This document shows positions 19,065 to 28,464 of a stretch of DNA of 64,000 nucleotides, one piece after another. Origin of the DNA: Alistipes sp. (lineage in GTDB: Bacteria; Bacteroidota; Bacteroidia; Bacteroidales; Rikenellaceae). The DNA lies in contig JAFVWO010000102.1 of the NCBI GenBank assembly GCA_017501625.1, forward strand, positions 2,954 through 66,953, in the 5' to 3' direction. The position numbers and the translations under genes were made by a program. A model generated the notes under the pieces. The model saw nothing but the letters and a program-made list of their open reading frames with translations, was not told the DNA's origin and made no database searches. Every line of letters begins with the position of its first letter. Within the stretch, counting starts at the first letter, position 1.

Positions 19065-19072
19065 CAAATGTA
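19065..19072 (-). promoter_or_regulatory. Bacteroidetes -7 element (TACATTTG) upstream of Dabb/hut
   Basis: Matches TAnnTTTG. Confidence 0.6.
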
Positions 19073-19245
19073 GTGATTATTTTTCTAATCCACACGCGCA
19101 TGCGCGATATTTTTACCCTCGCGGCACGATTTTTTTTCGCACGCGATAAAATAGACTCTTCATCGTAAGATTTCGTTTCAAAAACTTGCTAATGACGGAT
19201 AATTATTCTATTTTTGGTGTTGTAACTCTAAACAATAGTAGAAAT

Positions 19246-19677
19246 ATGGATATTTGGATATATTGGGTCATCGCAGCCCTCATACTCTTTATCATCGAGC
19301 TCTTCACCTCAGGCTTCGCCGTGATATGTCTTTCGATAGGAGCCGGAGGTGGCGCCATTGCAGCGGCCGCCGGCACATCTATCGAGATGCAACTTCTGGT
19401 CTTTGCCATACTCTCTATGGTTGCTCTCATTGGTGTGCGCCCCATACTCAAGCGCACGCTGTACAAACATGCGGAGGTGGCCACAAACCAGAATGCCATG
19501 GTCGGCAAGCGTGGTACGGTATGCGCGGATATCGATTCGGAGGGTGAGAGTGGCCGCGTGATGATCGAGGGTGTCGACTGGCGCGCTGTGTCGGCCACGG
19601 GCGAGCCCATAGCCTCGGGTACGAAGGTCGTAGTCACAGCCATAGACAGCGTAGTATTAACCGTTAAAACACTATAA
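19246..19677 (+). CDS. NfeD family membrane protein
   Basis: WVIAALILFIIE, TM helices, C-terminal OB-fold GRVMIEGVDWRA; adjacent to SPFH gene. Confidence 0.9.
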   Translation: MDIWIYWVIAALILFIIELFTSGFAVICLSIGAGGGAIAAAAGTSIEMQLLVFAILSMVALIGVRPILKRTLYKHAEVATNQNAMVGKRGTVCADIDSEGESGRVMIEGVDWRAVSATGEPIASGTKVVVTAIDSVVLTVKTL

Positions 19678-19679
19678 TT

Positions 19680-20672
19680 ATGGCAATTACTCCATTAACA
19701 ATCTTTATCATCATCGCCATCATCGCGGTGATATACGTGCTTAAGGGCTTCAAGATTGTACCACAGTCGGAGACACGTGTTGTCGAGCGCCTTGGTCGTT
19801 ACGACCGCACGCTACAGTCGGGCATCAACTACCTGCTCCCCATCATCGACCGTCCACGTGCTGTATACCAGCGCGACGAGATACGCCATGCCGACGGCTC
19901 AAAGAGTGTCGTCATGCGCTCCACATCGCGCATAGACCTCCGCGAACAGGTCTACGACTTCGACAAACAGAGCGTTATCACCAAGGATAACGTAACGACG
20001 ACAATCAACGCACTGCTATACTTCCAGATTGTCGACCCGATGAAGTCCGTCTACGAGATTGACAACCTCCCCAATGCCATCGAGAAGCTCACGCAGACGA
20101 CACTGCGCAACGTCATCGGTGAGTTGGAGCTCGACGAGACACTCACCTCGCGCGACACCATAAATTCGAAGCTGCGCGTAGTGTTGGACGAAGCGACAAA
20201 CAAGTGGGGCGTGAAGGTAAACCGTGTAGAGCTTCAGGATATTACACCTCCGGAGTCGGTACGCCGTGCTATGGAGCAACAGATGCAGGCCGAGCGTGAA
20301 CGCCGCGCCAAGGTTCTCGAGGCCAAGGGTCAAAAGGAGGCTATGATTCTACAGTCGGAGGGCGAGAAGGAGTCGCAGATAAACCAAGCCGAGGCCGAGA
20401 AACAGACACAGATATTGAAGGCTCAGGGTGAGGCCGATGCTAAGATTTTGCAGGCTACAGCCGAGGCGGAGGCAATACGTAAGGTTGCCGATGCCATAGC
20501 CGAGTCTAAGACCGACCCCGCGACATATATGCTCCTTATGAAGTATGTTGAGACACTCAAGGAGATAGGTGCGGGCGACCAAGCGAAGACCGTCTTCCTG
20601 CCATTCGAGGCATCGAATCTCGTAGGTGCTCTCGGCTCACTCACCGAGCTTCTTCCAAAGAAGGAGAAGTAG
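19680..20672 (+). CDS. SPFH/band-7 (paraslipin/QmcA-like) protein
   Basis: VERLGRY, IDLREQV, VITKDNV, QTTLRNVIG, WGVKVNRVELQDI, AERERRA. Confidence 0.95.
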   Translation: MAITPLTIFIIIAIIAVIYVLKGFKIVPQSETRVVERLGRYDRTLQSGINYLLPIIDRPRAVYQRDEIRHADGSKSVVMRSTSRIDLREQVYDFDKQSVITKDNVTTTINALLYFQIVDPMKSVYEIDNLPNAIEKLTQTTLRNVIGELELDETLTSRDTINSKLRVVLDEATNKWGVKVNRVELQDITPPESVRRAMEQQMQAERERRAKVLEAKGQKEAMILQSEGEKESQINQAEAEKQTQILKAQGEADAKILQATAEAEAIRKVADAIAESKTDPATYMLLMKYVETLKEIGAGDQAKTVFLPFEASNLVGALGSLTELLPKKEK

Positions 20673-20690
20673 ACAACACCCCGATAATAG

Positions 20691-20730
20691 AAAATGGCGC
20701 AACCTTGAGGGTTGCGCCATTTTTTATTTT
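20691..20730. terminator. Bidirectional intrinsic terminator
   Basis: aaaatggcgcaacc-ttgag-ggttgcgccatttt with T tract, between convergent genes. Confidence 0.85.
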
Positions 20731-21359
20731 ACCCTAATCAGATTTATACCGTCGCGGATGGGCACTATCACATTATCCACCCTCGCATCCTCCTTAACAC
20801 GCCTGTTAAACTCAACGATAGCCTCCGTATGTCGGTCGTTATGAGCGATAGGCTCCGCCACCTTGCCATACCACAATATATTGTCAGCCAAGAGTATCGA
20901 GCCGCTACGCACATAGCCGCCATCCATCAACATGTCGTAATATGCGGGGTACTCGCGCTTGTCCCCATCGATAAAGACCATGTCGTAGACCTCACCTAAG
21001 CGAGGCACAACATCGAGGGCGGAGCCTACATGCTGGCGTATGCGGTGGCCATACTCCGATGCTGCAAAATATTTCGCCGCTATATCCTCAAGCTCGTCAT
21101 CTACCTCGATGGTGTCGAGAGTGGCATCATCTCCCAAGCCACGAGCGATGCTCAATGCCGAGTAGCCCGTAAAAGTACCTATCTCCAACACACGCTTCGG
21201 GCACATCATCCTCACAAGCATCTCAAGGAGCTTCCCTTGCAGATGCCCCGAAATCATGCGCGGATTTATCACACGCAGATATGTCTCACGCTCAAGACGG
21301 TGCATAAGTTCCTGCTCCGGCTTGGTATTATCCAATATATACTGTTCCAGCTTATCCAT
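20724..21359 (-). CDS. O-methyltransferase (Methyltransf_3, YrrM/TrmR-like)
   Basis: LEIGTFTGYSA, FIDGDKREY, LADNILWYGKV, PIRDG. Confidence 0.9.
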   Translation of the reverse strand: MDKLEQYILDNTKPEQELMHRLERETYLRVINPRMISGHLQGKLLEMLVRMMCPKRVLEIGTFTGYSALSIARGLGDDATLDTIEVDDELEDIAAKYFAASEYGHRIRQHVGSALDVVPRLGEVYDMVFIDGDKREYPAYYDMLMDGGYVRSGSILLADNILWYGKVAEPIAHNDRHTEAIVEFNRRVKEDARVDNVIVPIRDGINLIRVK

Positions 21360-21414
21360 TCCTCTGTAACATCTTAGTAATCATTATATCTCGTCATTGC
21401 GAGCAAAGGGCTCA

Positions 21415-22632
21415 TCACCTATACAACAACTGTGACATCTCTCCGAGGCGCTCATCGGCTACCGCACGAATATCCTCGGCCGTGATAGCCATAACCTTCC
21501 TGTAGGCCTCCTCCAACGTGTCTATCTCCTTATACAGAAGCAGGCTCTTGCCCGCACCGAGCATATAACCTTCGTTTGCCTCCATCGATATTGCCATCTG
21601 TGCAACAAACTGCCGCTTGGCAACAGCCAAACGTCGGGGCGTGATAGGCTCGCGCCTAAGCGCCTCGACCTCCTCACGAATAAGCTCCACACAACGCTCG
21701 GCATTGTCGTGGTCGGAGGAGAAGTATATGCCCACAATGCCTGTATCGGAGTAGGGCGTATACGTAGCCTCGACATTGTACGACAAGCCATATTTCTCTC
21801 TGAGCAATATGTTTAAGCGCGAGTTTGCCGAGGGACCACCGAGGATATTCAACAACAGTGCGAGGGGCAGACGTCGCTCGTCGGCAATGCTATAGCCGCG
21901 TGTGCCGAGGATGCCGTGCGCCTGATGCGTATGTCGCGAGAGCGTAGTTTCGAATGGCTTATACTCCGCAGGTGTCGCACGTGAGAAATTGCGCGTCGTG
22001 GGGGTGAAACCACCCAAATAGCGCTCGGCAACGCTCTGTGCCACAGCTGCCGAGAAGTTTCCGATAGAGGAGAATACCATCTGGTCGGTGGTATAGGTTC
22101 TACCTACGAAGGTGCGTATGTTGTCGGTCGTAAAGCGCGAAATAGAGGCCTTCGTGCCGAGGATGTTATGCCCAAGCTCCGAATCACGAAATATCATATC
22201 CTCGAAGTCGTCATATATACGCTCCGCGGGCGAGTCTTTGTACGAGTTTATCTCGTCGGCGATAACCTCGCGCTCCTTGCATAGCTCGCGCTCGGGGAAC
22301 GTCGACCGAAACATGACATCGGCAACAAGCTCTACAGCACGACTAAAGTCGCGGCGCAACACCGTGGCATGCAGCGTGGTATCCTCCTTCGTGGTGTAGG
22401 CATTAAGCTCGCCACCGAGGTTTTCGAGGCGGCAATTTACCTGATATGCCTTGCGGTGCTCCGTACCCTTAAACAGGGCATGCTCCGTGAAGTGGGCGAT
22501 GCCGAACTCACCCCTATGTTCATCACGCGCACCGGCATTGACAACAAGAGCGCAGTGCGCCACGCCACTACGCACCTGACGGTGGATGCAACGTATGCCA
22601 TTTGATAGGTTATATGTCTGAAACTCCTTCAT
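21415..22632 (-). CDS. M16 family (pitrilysin) zinc peptidase
   Basis: GIAHFTEHALFKGT (HxxEH), LNAYT, SRLN..LREKYGLSY. Confidence 0.93.
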   Translation of the reverse strand: MKEFQTYNLSNGIRCIHRQVRSGVAHCALVVNAGARDEHRGEFGIAHFTEHALFKGTEHRKAYQVNCRLENLGGELNAYTTKEDTTLHATVLRRDFSRAVELVADVMFRSTFPERELCKEREVIADEINSYKDSPAERIYDDFEDMIFRDSELGHNILGTKASISRFTTDNIRTFVGRTYTTDQMVFSSIGNFSAAVAQSVAERYLGGFTPTTRNFSRATPAEYKPFETTLSRHTHQAHGILGTRGYSIADERRLPLALLLNILGGPSANSRLNILLREKYGLSYNVEATYTPYSDTGIVGIYFSSDHDNAERCVELIREEVEALRREPITPRRLAVAKRQFVAQMAISMEANEGYMLGAGKSLLLYKEIDTLEEAYRKVMAITAEDIRAVADERLGEMSQLLYR

Positions 22633-25399
22633 GTTTGCGTAAATACTCTCCCGTATAGCTATCCTTCGCCCTCATAACATCCTCGGGCGTGCCCGCAACG
22701 ACCACCCTACCACCCGCAGCTCCCGCCTCGGGACCAAGGTCGACGACCCAGTCGGCACACTTGATGACATCCATGTTGTGTTCCACAACAACGACCGTAT
22801 GTCCACGCTCGATGAGGGCATCAAACGCTCCAAGAAGACGGCCAATGTCGTGAAAGTGTAGTCCTGTAGTAGGCTCGTCGAAGATAAACATTATCTTATC
22901 GCCCGAGCGCTCCTTCGTGAGGAACGAGGCAAGCTTCACGCGCTGCGACTCGCCACCCGAGAGTGTCGACGACGACTGCCCGAGCTTTACATAGCCCAAG
23001 CCTACCTGTTGCAGTGGTCTGAGGCGCTCGACGATACGCCTGCATGTTGCACACGACGTATCCTCCGAGAAGAAGTCGAGGGCCTCGTCTACCGACATAT
23101 TGAGCACATCGTATATCGAGCGTCCGCGGTACTTAACCTCCAATATCTCCTGCTTAAAGCGCATGCCGCCACACGCCTCGCACTGAAGCTCCACGTCGGC
23201 CATAAACTGCATGCTTATCTTGATTACACCCTCGCCCTCGCACTCCTCGCAACGACCTCCGGGCATGTTGAACGAGAAGGCCGTGGCCGCTATGCCCGTA
23301 TGTTTTGCATAGGGCTGCTCGGCGAAGAGTTTGCGTATCTCATCGTAGGCCTTGATGTAGGTGACGGGATTTGAGCGCGTAGACTTACCTATGGGCGACT
23401 GCGACACCATCTCCACACCCTGAAGCAGACGTACATCCACATCCAAGCCGTCATGGTCACCGGGCATAAGCGTAGTCTCCGACAGACGGCGCTTGAGAGC
23501 CGGGAAGAGCACATCGTCAGCCAATGACGACTTACCCGAGCCCGAGACACCCGTGATACACGTCAGGACACCAAGAGGTATCTCTACATCTATGTTTTTG
23601 AGGTTGTTATGTCGTACTCCACGTAGGCGTACCGACCCCGCTGCGGCACGTCTTCGCTCCGGCAAGGCTATACGCCTTCGCCCCGTGAGGTAGTCGGCCG
23701 TGAGCGACCGCTCGGCAGTAACTATATCCTTCGCAGCACCCGAGTATACCACCTCTCCGCCGCCAATACCCGCCTCGGGGCCCATATCCACAATCCAGTC
23801 GGCAGCACGCATTACCTCCTCCTCGTGCTCCACGACGATAACCGTATTATCCAAGTCGCGCAGCTGCTTCAACACACCTATGAGCCTATTGGTATCCCTC
23901 GGATGGAGGCCTATGCTCGGCTCATCGAGAATATACATCGAGCCCACGAGGTTACTGCCAAGCGATGTCGAGAGATTTATGCGCTGCGACTCGCCACCAG
24001 AGAGCGTCGACGACAGGCGGTCGAGTGTCAGGTAATCGAGGCCCACATCGTTGAGATAACCCAAGCGATTGCGTATCTCCGTGAGCACGCGCTCCGCCGT
24101 AACGGCATCGTGCTCGTCGAGCTGTAGATTATCGAAGAAGCCGACAAGCTCACCAACAGTCATGTGTACAAGCTCGGCAATGTTGCGCCCCCCCACCTTG
24201 ACATATAGCGCCTCCTTACGCAGACGGTTGCCGTGGCACTCGGGACAGAGTGTCTTACCCATGTATCGCGCCTTAAGCACACGATATTGAACCTTATGTC
24301 GTTGCGTGTCGACGTAGTCAAAAAATTCGTCTATGCCATGGATATACTCATTGCCGTGCCACAGCACATCCTTGTCCTCCTCACTCAGTGCATAGTAGGG
24401 CGTATGTATCGGGAAACCGCACTTCGACGAGGCGAGGACCAACGCCTCCCTCCAGCGACCCATGGTTGCGCCATTCCAGCAGGCTACAGCACCCTCATAT
24501 ATGCTCTTCGACTTATCGGGTACGACCAAATTTTCGTCTATGCCCACAACCTTACCATAGCCCTCACACAAGGGGCAGGCTCCCAAAGGGTTGTTGAACG
24601 AAAAGAGATGCTCCGTAGGTCGCTCGTAGCCTATGCCATCCTCGTCGTAGTGCGACGAGAAGCTCTCTACCCTATCTGTTATTACGTGCATGACACCCGC
24701 GCCATAGCCCATGGCACGTGCCACAGAGTCCGCAAGGCGCGACACGGTATCCTGCTCATGGTCGAGGACTACGCGGTCGACGATAATCATCACATCCTCC
24801 AAGACCATATCGGCTGTTATTCGAGGCATAAACTCCTCGACAAGCATCACCTCATCGCGATACCTCACCCTGTTTACGCCATCCTCCATAAGCGTGAGCA
24901 TGCGTTCAACAACACTCTCGGACTGCTTCAACAATAGTGGCGCAGCTATCGTCACACGCGAGCCATCCTCCAGCTTAAGGATGTGGTCGACAACATCATC
25001 TACCTCATAGCAACGTATCTCGCGTCCCGTCGTGGGCGAATATGTCCTACCAATGCGGGCAAAGAGGAGTTTCAGATAGTCGTATATCTCCGTCGTGGTG
25101 CCCACCGTCGAGCGCGGGTTGCGCGATATCACCTTCTGCTCTATAGCAATAGCCGGAGCTATACCCTCAATAAGGTCGGCATCGGGCTTCTCCACACGTC
25201 CAAGAAACTGACGGGCATAGGCTGAGAGGCTCTCAACATAACGGCGCTGGCCCTCGGCAAAGATGGTATCGAAGGCCAACGTAGACTTGCCCGAGCCCGA
25301 GAGACCGGTGACAACGACAAGACTATTGTGCGGAATCTCTACATCCACACTCTTTAGGTTATGCACCCTCGCACCCTTTATCTTTATCTTATTCTCCAC
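22610..25399 (-). CDS. uvrA: Excinuclease ABC subunit A
   Basis: [28 protein letters not shown], two LSGGESQR signatures, Zn-finger CxxC motifs. Confidence 0.97.
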   Translation of the reverse strand: MENKIKIKGARVHNLKSVDVEIPHNSLVVVTGLSGSGKSTLAFDTIFAEGQRRYVESLSAYARQFLGRVEKPDADLIEGIAPAIAIEQKVISRNPRSTVGTTTEIYDYLKLLFARIGRTYSPTTGREIRCYEVDDVVDHILKLEDGSRVTIAAPLLLKQSESVVERMLTLMEDGVNRVRYRDEVMLVEEFMPRITADMVLEDVMIIVDRVVLDHEQDTVSRLADSVARAMGYGAGVMHVITDRVESFSSHYDEDGIGYERPTEHLFSFNNPLGACPLCEGYGKVVGIDENLVVPDKSKSIYEGAVACWNGATMGRWREALVLASSKCGFPIHTPYYALSEEDKDVLWHGNEYIHGIDEFFDYVDTQRHKVQYRVLKARYMGKTLCPECHGNRLRKEALYVKVGGRNIAELVHMTVGELVGFFDNLQLDEHDAVTAERVLTEIRNRLGYLNDVGLDYLTLDRLSSTLSGGESQRINLSTSLGSNLVGSMYILDEPSIGLHPRDTNRLIGVLKQLRDLDNTVIVVEHEEEVMRAADWIVDMGPEAGIGGGEVVYSGAAKDIVTAERSLTADYLTGRRRIALPERRRAAAGSVRLRGVRHNNLKNIDVEIPLGVLTCITGVSGSGKSSLADDVLFPALKRRLSETTLMPGDHDGLDVDVRLLQGVEMVSQSPIGKSTRSNPVTYIKAYDEIRKLFAEQPYAKHTGIAATAFSFNMPGGRCEECEGEGVIKISMQFMADVELQCEACGGMRFKQEILEVKYRGRSIYDVLNMSVDEALDFFSEDTSCATCRRIVERLRPLQQVGLGYVKLGQSSSTLSGGESQRVKLASFLTKERSGDKIMFIFDEPTTGLHFHDIGRLLGAFDALIERGHTVVVVEHNMDVIKCADWVVDLGPEAGAAGGRVVVAGTPEDVMRAKDSYTGEYLRKHEGVSDI

Positions 25400-25412
25400 G
25401 CCTACTAAACAA

Positions 25413-26018
25413 TTACTCTATAACCTCCACCGTGGCACCCTCGACCTTCTCCAGACGACCGATAAGTTGCTCGGCCTCACCCTCACGAATCGTAAGAGTC
25501 ATGGTGCATAGGTTGTCGAAAGTCTGATTTACAATCTTGGGCTGCATATCCTTCACAATGCGCATCACGTCATTCATCACCACATACGAGAACGACACAT
25601 CAATCCTCACATCCACCGTGCGCTCCACAATATCACACTCGGCAAGCACCAATGTCGTAGACTCCTTATATGCTGCAATCAACCCCGGCACGCCAAGCTT
25701 CGTGCCTCCGAAGTAGCGCACCACGACAACGAGGCAGTTGGTCACCTCCTGCGACAACAGTTGCCCTAAAATAGGCTTCCCCGCTGTCGACGAGGGCTCA
25801 CCATCGTCGTTAGCACGGAAATGCTCGCCATGAGGCCCCAAGCGCCATGCGTAGCAGTGGTGTGTAGCATCGAACCAGCGCTTTCTGAGCCTGTCGAGAT
25901 GCTCCTTAATCTCTGCCTCCGTCTCCACAGGATAGGCATACGCAAGGAACTTACTGCTAAGCTGTCGGTAAGTAACCTCCCGAGGTGCGGCTATCGTTTT
26001 GAAACTATCTTGTGCCAC
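25413..26018 (-). CDS. YigZ/IMPACT family protein
   Basis: [41 protein letters not shown]. Confidence 0.93.
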   Translation of the reverse strand: MAQDSFKTIAAPREVTYRQLSSKFLAYAYPVETEAEIKEHLDRLRKRWFDATHHCYAWRLGPHGEHFRANDDGEPSSTAGKPILGQLLSQEVTNCLVVVVRYFGGTKLGVPGLIAAYKESTTLVLAECDIVERTVDVRIDVSFSYVVMNDVMRIVKDMQPKIVNQTFDNLCTMTLTIREGEAEQLIGRLEKVEGATVEVIE

Positions 26019-26030
26019 GGCAACAACTCT

Positions 26031-27530
26031 TTACTCTATAGACTTAAACATACGCTCCCAGCGGATGCCTCCCTCGGCGGGGTCTACCGAGAACCACACA
26101 TACGAAGCCTTACCCACGATATGATCCTCGGGCACGAAACCCCAGAAGCGCGAGTCGAGCGAGCCGTGACGATTATCGCCCATCATGAAGTAGTAATCCT
26201 TAAGGAAGGTGTAGTGCGTAGCAGGCACACCGTCGATATATATATCGTCACCCCTGCGCTCCACGATACGCTGCTCGTATACCGCTATACATCGCTCATA
26301 CATCGCCATATTTGCACGTGTGAGCTCTATCGTAGCACCGGCCTTAGGCACCCATACGGGGCCAAGGTCGTCGATAGTCCACCTCTCGCTCTCGATGTTA
26401 TGGTTGTGAGGTATAAGGCTACCACCCGAGATGGCTCCGCCAATCTTCTTAAGCTTGACATCGCCCGCAACATAATCCTGAAGCTCATCATCCGTTACGG
26501 GGAGCTCCACATATCCTCCCGACGAAGCATCGATGCCCATCTTCAGAGGCTTACCCGTAGTCTCGTTGTAGTATATATACTGGCGTTTGGGCACGAAGGC
26601 CTCCTTCACACCATTGGCATATACGCGGCCATCGACAATCTGTAGCGTATCACCCGGGATACCCACGCAACGCTTGATGTAGTTCTCCTTCTTGTCCAAG
26701 GGTCGCACGGCGAGTGTGAAGTTGTCGGCTATTGTCTTACGTCTTTCAGCCTCGGTACGCCCAAATTGTTTGTCGCGCAGGAGCTCGTAGTAGCTCATAG
26801 CCTGAAGCTCCATGACAACGGTGTCACCCTCCGGGAAGTTAAAGACAACGACATCGCCACGCTCCACCTGCCCTGCACCCGCAAGACGACGGTATGAGCG
26901 CTCCCACGCTGTCGTGAACGATGCCTTCGTAGGATTCATCGGCATGGTGTTGTGAACAAAGGGGAACGACAGCGGTGTCATAGGCACACGCGGGCCATAG
27001 GCCACCTTATTCACAAGGATATAGTCACCCGCCATCAGCGTGCTCTCCATCGAGCCTGTGGGTATTACGAACATCTGAAACCAGTAGAGCTGTATGAGTG
27101 TTGCCACCACCGTAGCAAAGAGTATGGCGTGTACCCAACCATATATCCACTCATATACCTTCGTCTGCCCCTTGAGCTCCTCCCATACGGCGTAGGCCAA
27201 GACTACGGCAAAGGTGAGCATAAACGGCTGCTCCCATCTGAAGAGCAACATGTGGATGATGATGCCCACAACGAGGGCAAAGACCACAGCGCACCATAGC
27301 GCCCACGCCACCTGCCACCAGCGATACTTGGCATACATCCTACGATGCCAATCGCGTATCTTGTGCGACACGTAGTAATCATACACCAACGGTAGCGCCA
27401 CGATGAGCGACCATGCTGCGCCATACCACAGCGCAAAGGCAGTGATTATAACCGCAACAATCAGCGCCATCGTCCACGGGTGTGTGACAACGCGCTTAGC
27501 GGCCAAATATATACTCTTAAGTCTGTTCAT
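26031..27530 (-). CDS. lepB: Signal peptidase I
   Basis: IPTGSME, RGDVVVFNFP, YIKRCVG, MGDNRHGSLDSRFWGFVP. Confidence 0.95.
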   Translation of the reverse strand: MNRLKSIYLAAKRVVTHPWTMALIVAVIITAFALWYGAAWSLIVALPLVYDYYVSHKIRDWHRRMYAKYRWWQVAWALWCAVVFALVVGIIIHMLLFRWEQPFMLTFAVVLAYAVWEELKGQTKVYEWIYGWVHAILFATVVATLIQLYWFQMFVIPTGSMESTLMAGDYILVNKVAYGPRVPMTPLSFPFVHNTMPMNPTKASFTTAWERSYRRLAGAGQVERGDVVVFNFPEGDTVVMELQAMSYYELLRDKQFGRTEAERRKTIADNFTLAVRPLDKKENYIKRCVGIPGDTLQIVDGRVYANGVKEAFVPKRQYIYYNETTGKPLKMGIDASSGGYVELPVTDDELQDYVAGDVKLKKIGGAISGGSLIPHNHNIESERWTIDDLGPVWVPKAGATIELTRANMAMYERCIAVYEQRIVERRGDDIYIDGVPATHYTFLKDYYFMMGDNRHGSLDSRFWGFVPEDHIVGKASYVWFSVDPAEGGIRWERMFKSIE

Positions 27531-27542
27531 AGCATCCTCACT

Positions 27543-28253
27543 TTACAATAGGTTATCCATGCTATGCACGCCGCGCTTATCGGCAAGATACTCGCCCGCC
27601 AATACCGCGCCCATAGCCAACGCACGACGATTGAGTATCGAGTGCTTGAGTTCCAAGAAGTCATCCTCCGAGGTGTAGGTCACGGTATGTATTCCGGGGA
27701 CCATACCCTCACGGAACGACTCTATTTCGAGCTCGCTGCTCTGCGTAGCCTTGGTATTCACCCACCTATCCTTGCGGTCGAGCTCCTCGATGATACCCTC
27801 GGCAAGGGTTATCGCCGTGCCGCTCGGAGCATCCTTCTTCCACATATGGTGTGTCTCCTCTATGCGCACATCGTATTGCGCATGGGGGTTCATCAACTCC
27901 GCGAGACGACGATTCAGGCGAAACATCATATTCACGCCTATCGAGAAGTTCGAGGCATAGAAGAGGGCACCACCACGCTCCTCGGCTAAGCGTTCCATAT
28001 CCTTAAGGCGCTGAAGCCACCCCGTCGTGCCACACACCACACGACCACCCGCAGCAAGCACCGTTTCCACATTGCCGGCAGCCGTCTCGGGCGTTGTAAA
28101 CTCGAAGGCTACATCTATACCCGCAAGGCGCTCGGCCGTGAGCTCCGCACTGTTCGCCTCGTCGATAATCAATTCAACGCTATGACCACGCTCCTTGAGG
28201 ATATGCTCTATCTCGCGCCCCATCTTTCCGTGGCCTATAATTGCACATTTCAT
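27543..28253 (-). CDS. dapB: 4-hydroxy-tetrahydrodipicolinate reductase
   Basis: GHGKMG, EFTTP, GTTGW, ASNFSIGV, ETHHMWKKDAPSGTA. Confidence 0.96.
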   Translation of the reverse strand: MKCAIIGHGKMGREIEHILKERGHSVELIIDEANSAELTAERLAGIDVAFEFTTPETAAGNVETVLAAGGRVVCGTTGWLQRLKDMERLAEERGGALFYASNFSIGVNMMFRLNRRLAELMNPHAQYDVRIEETHHMWKKDAPSGTAITLAEGIIEELDRKDRWVNTKATQSSELEIESFREGMVPGIHTVTYTSEDDFLELKHSILNRRALAMGAVLAGEYLADKRGVHSMDNLL

Positions 28254-28439
28254 ACTTTTCTTCCAATTTAAACAAATAACGCGGTAAAGATACGAAAAAA
28301 TAATTAGTAATGCGTAATTATTAGTCGGTATTTAGCAACAGCGCTGTCAAATAAAACCACCCAACACGCTTAACCTACATAATTTCATTAATTTCTTTAA
28401 TCGTTGCTATAATTTCCCATTGTTGCGCTTTTTTTTTCG

Positions 28440-28447
28440 TACCTTTG
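28440..28447 (+). promoter_or_regulatory. Bacteroidetes -7 element (TACCTTTG)
   Basis: Matches TAnnTTTG, 17 bp before ATG 28465. Confidence 0.6.
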
Positions 28448-28464
28448 GCCAACAATTTAGAGCT

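Noticed and set aside
28301-28330. taattag/taatgcg-like short repeats, similar to 10958-10990
   Set aside because: Too short and degenerate in AT-rich promoter DNA to support a call.
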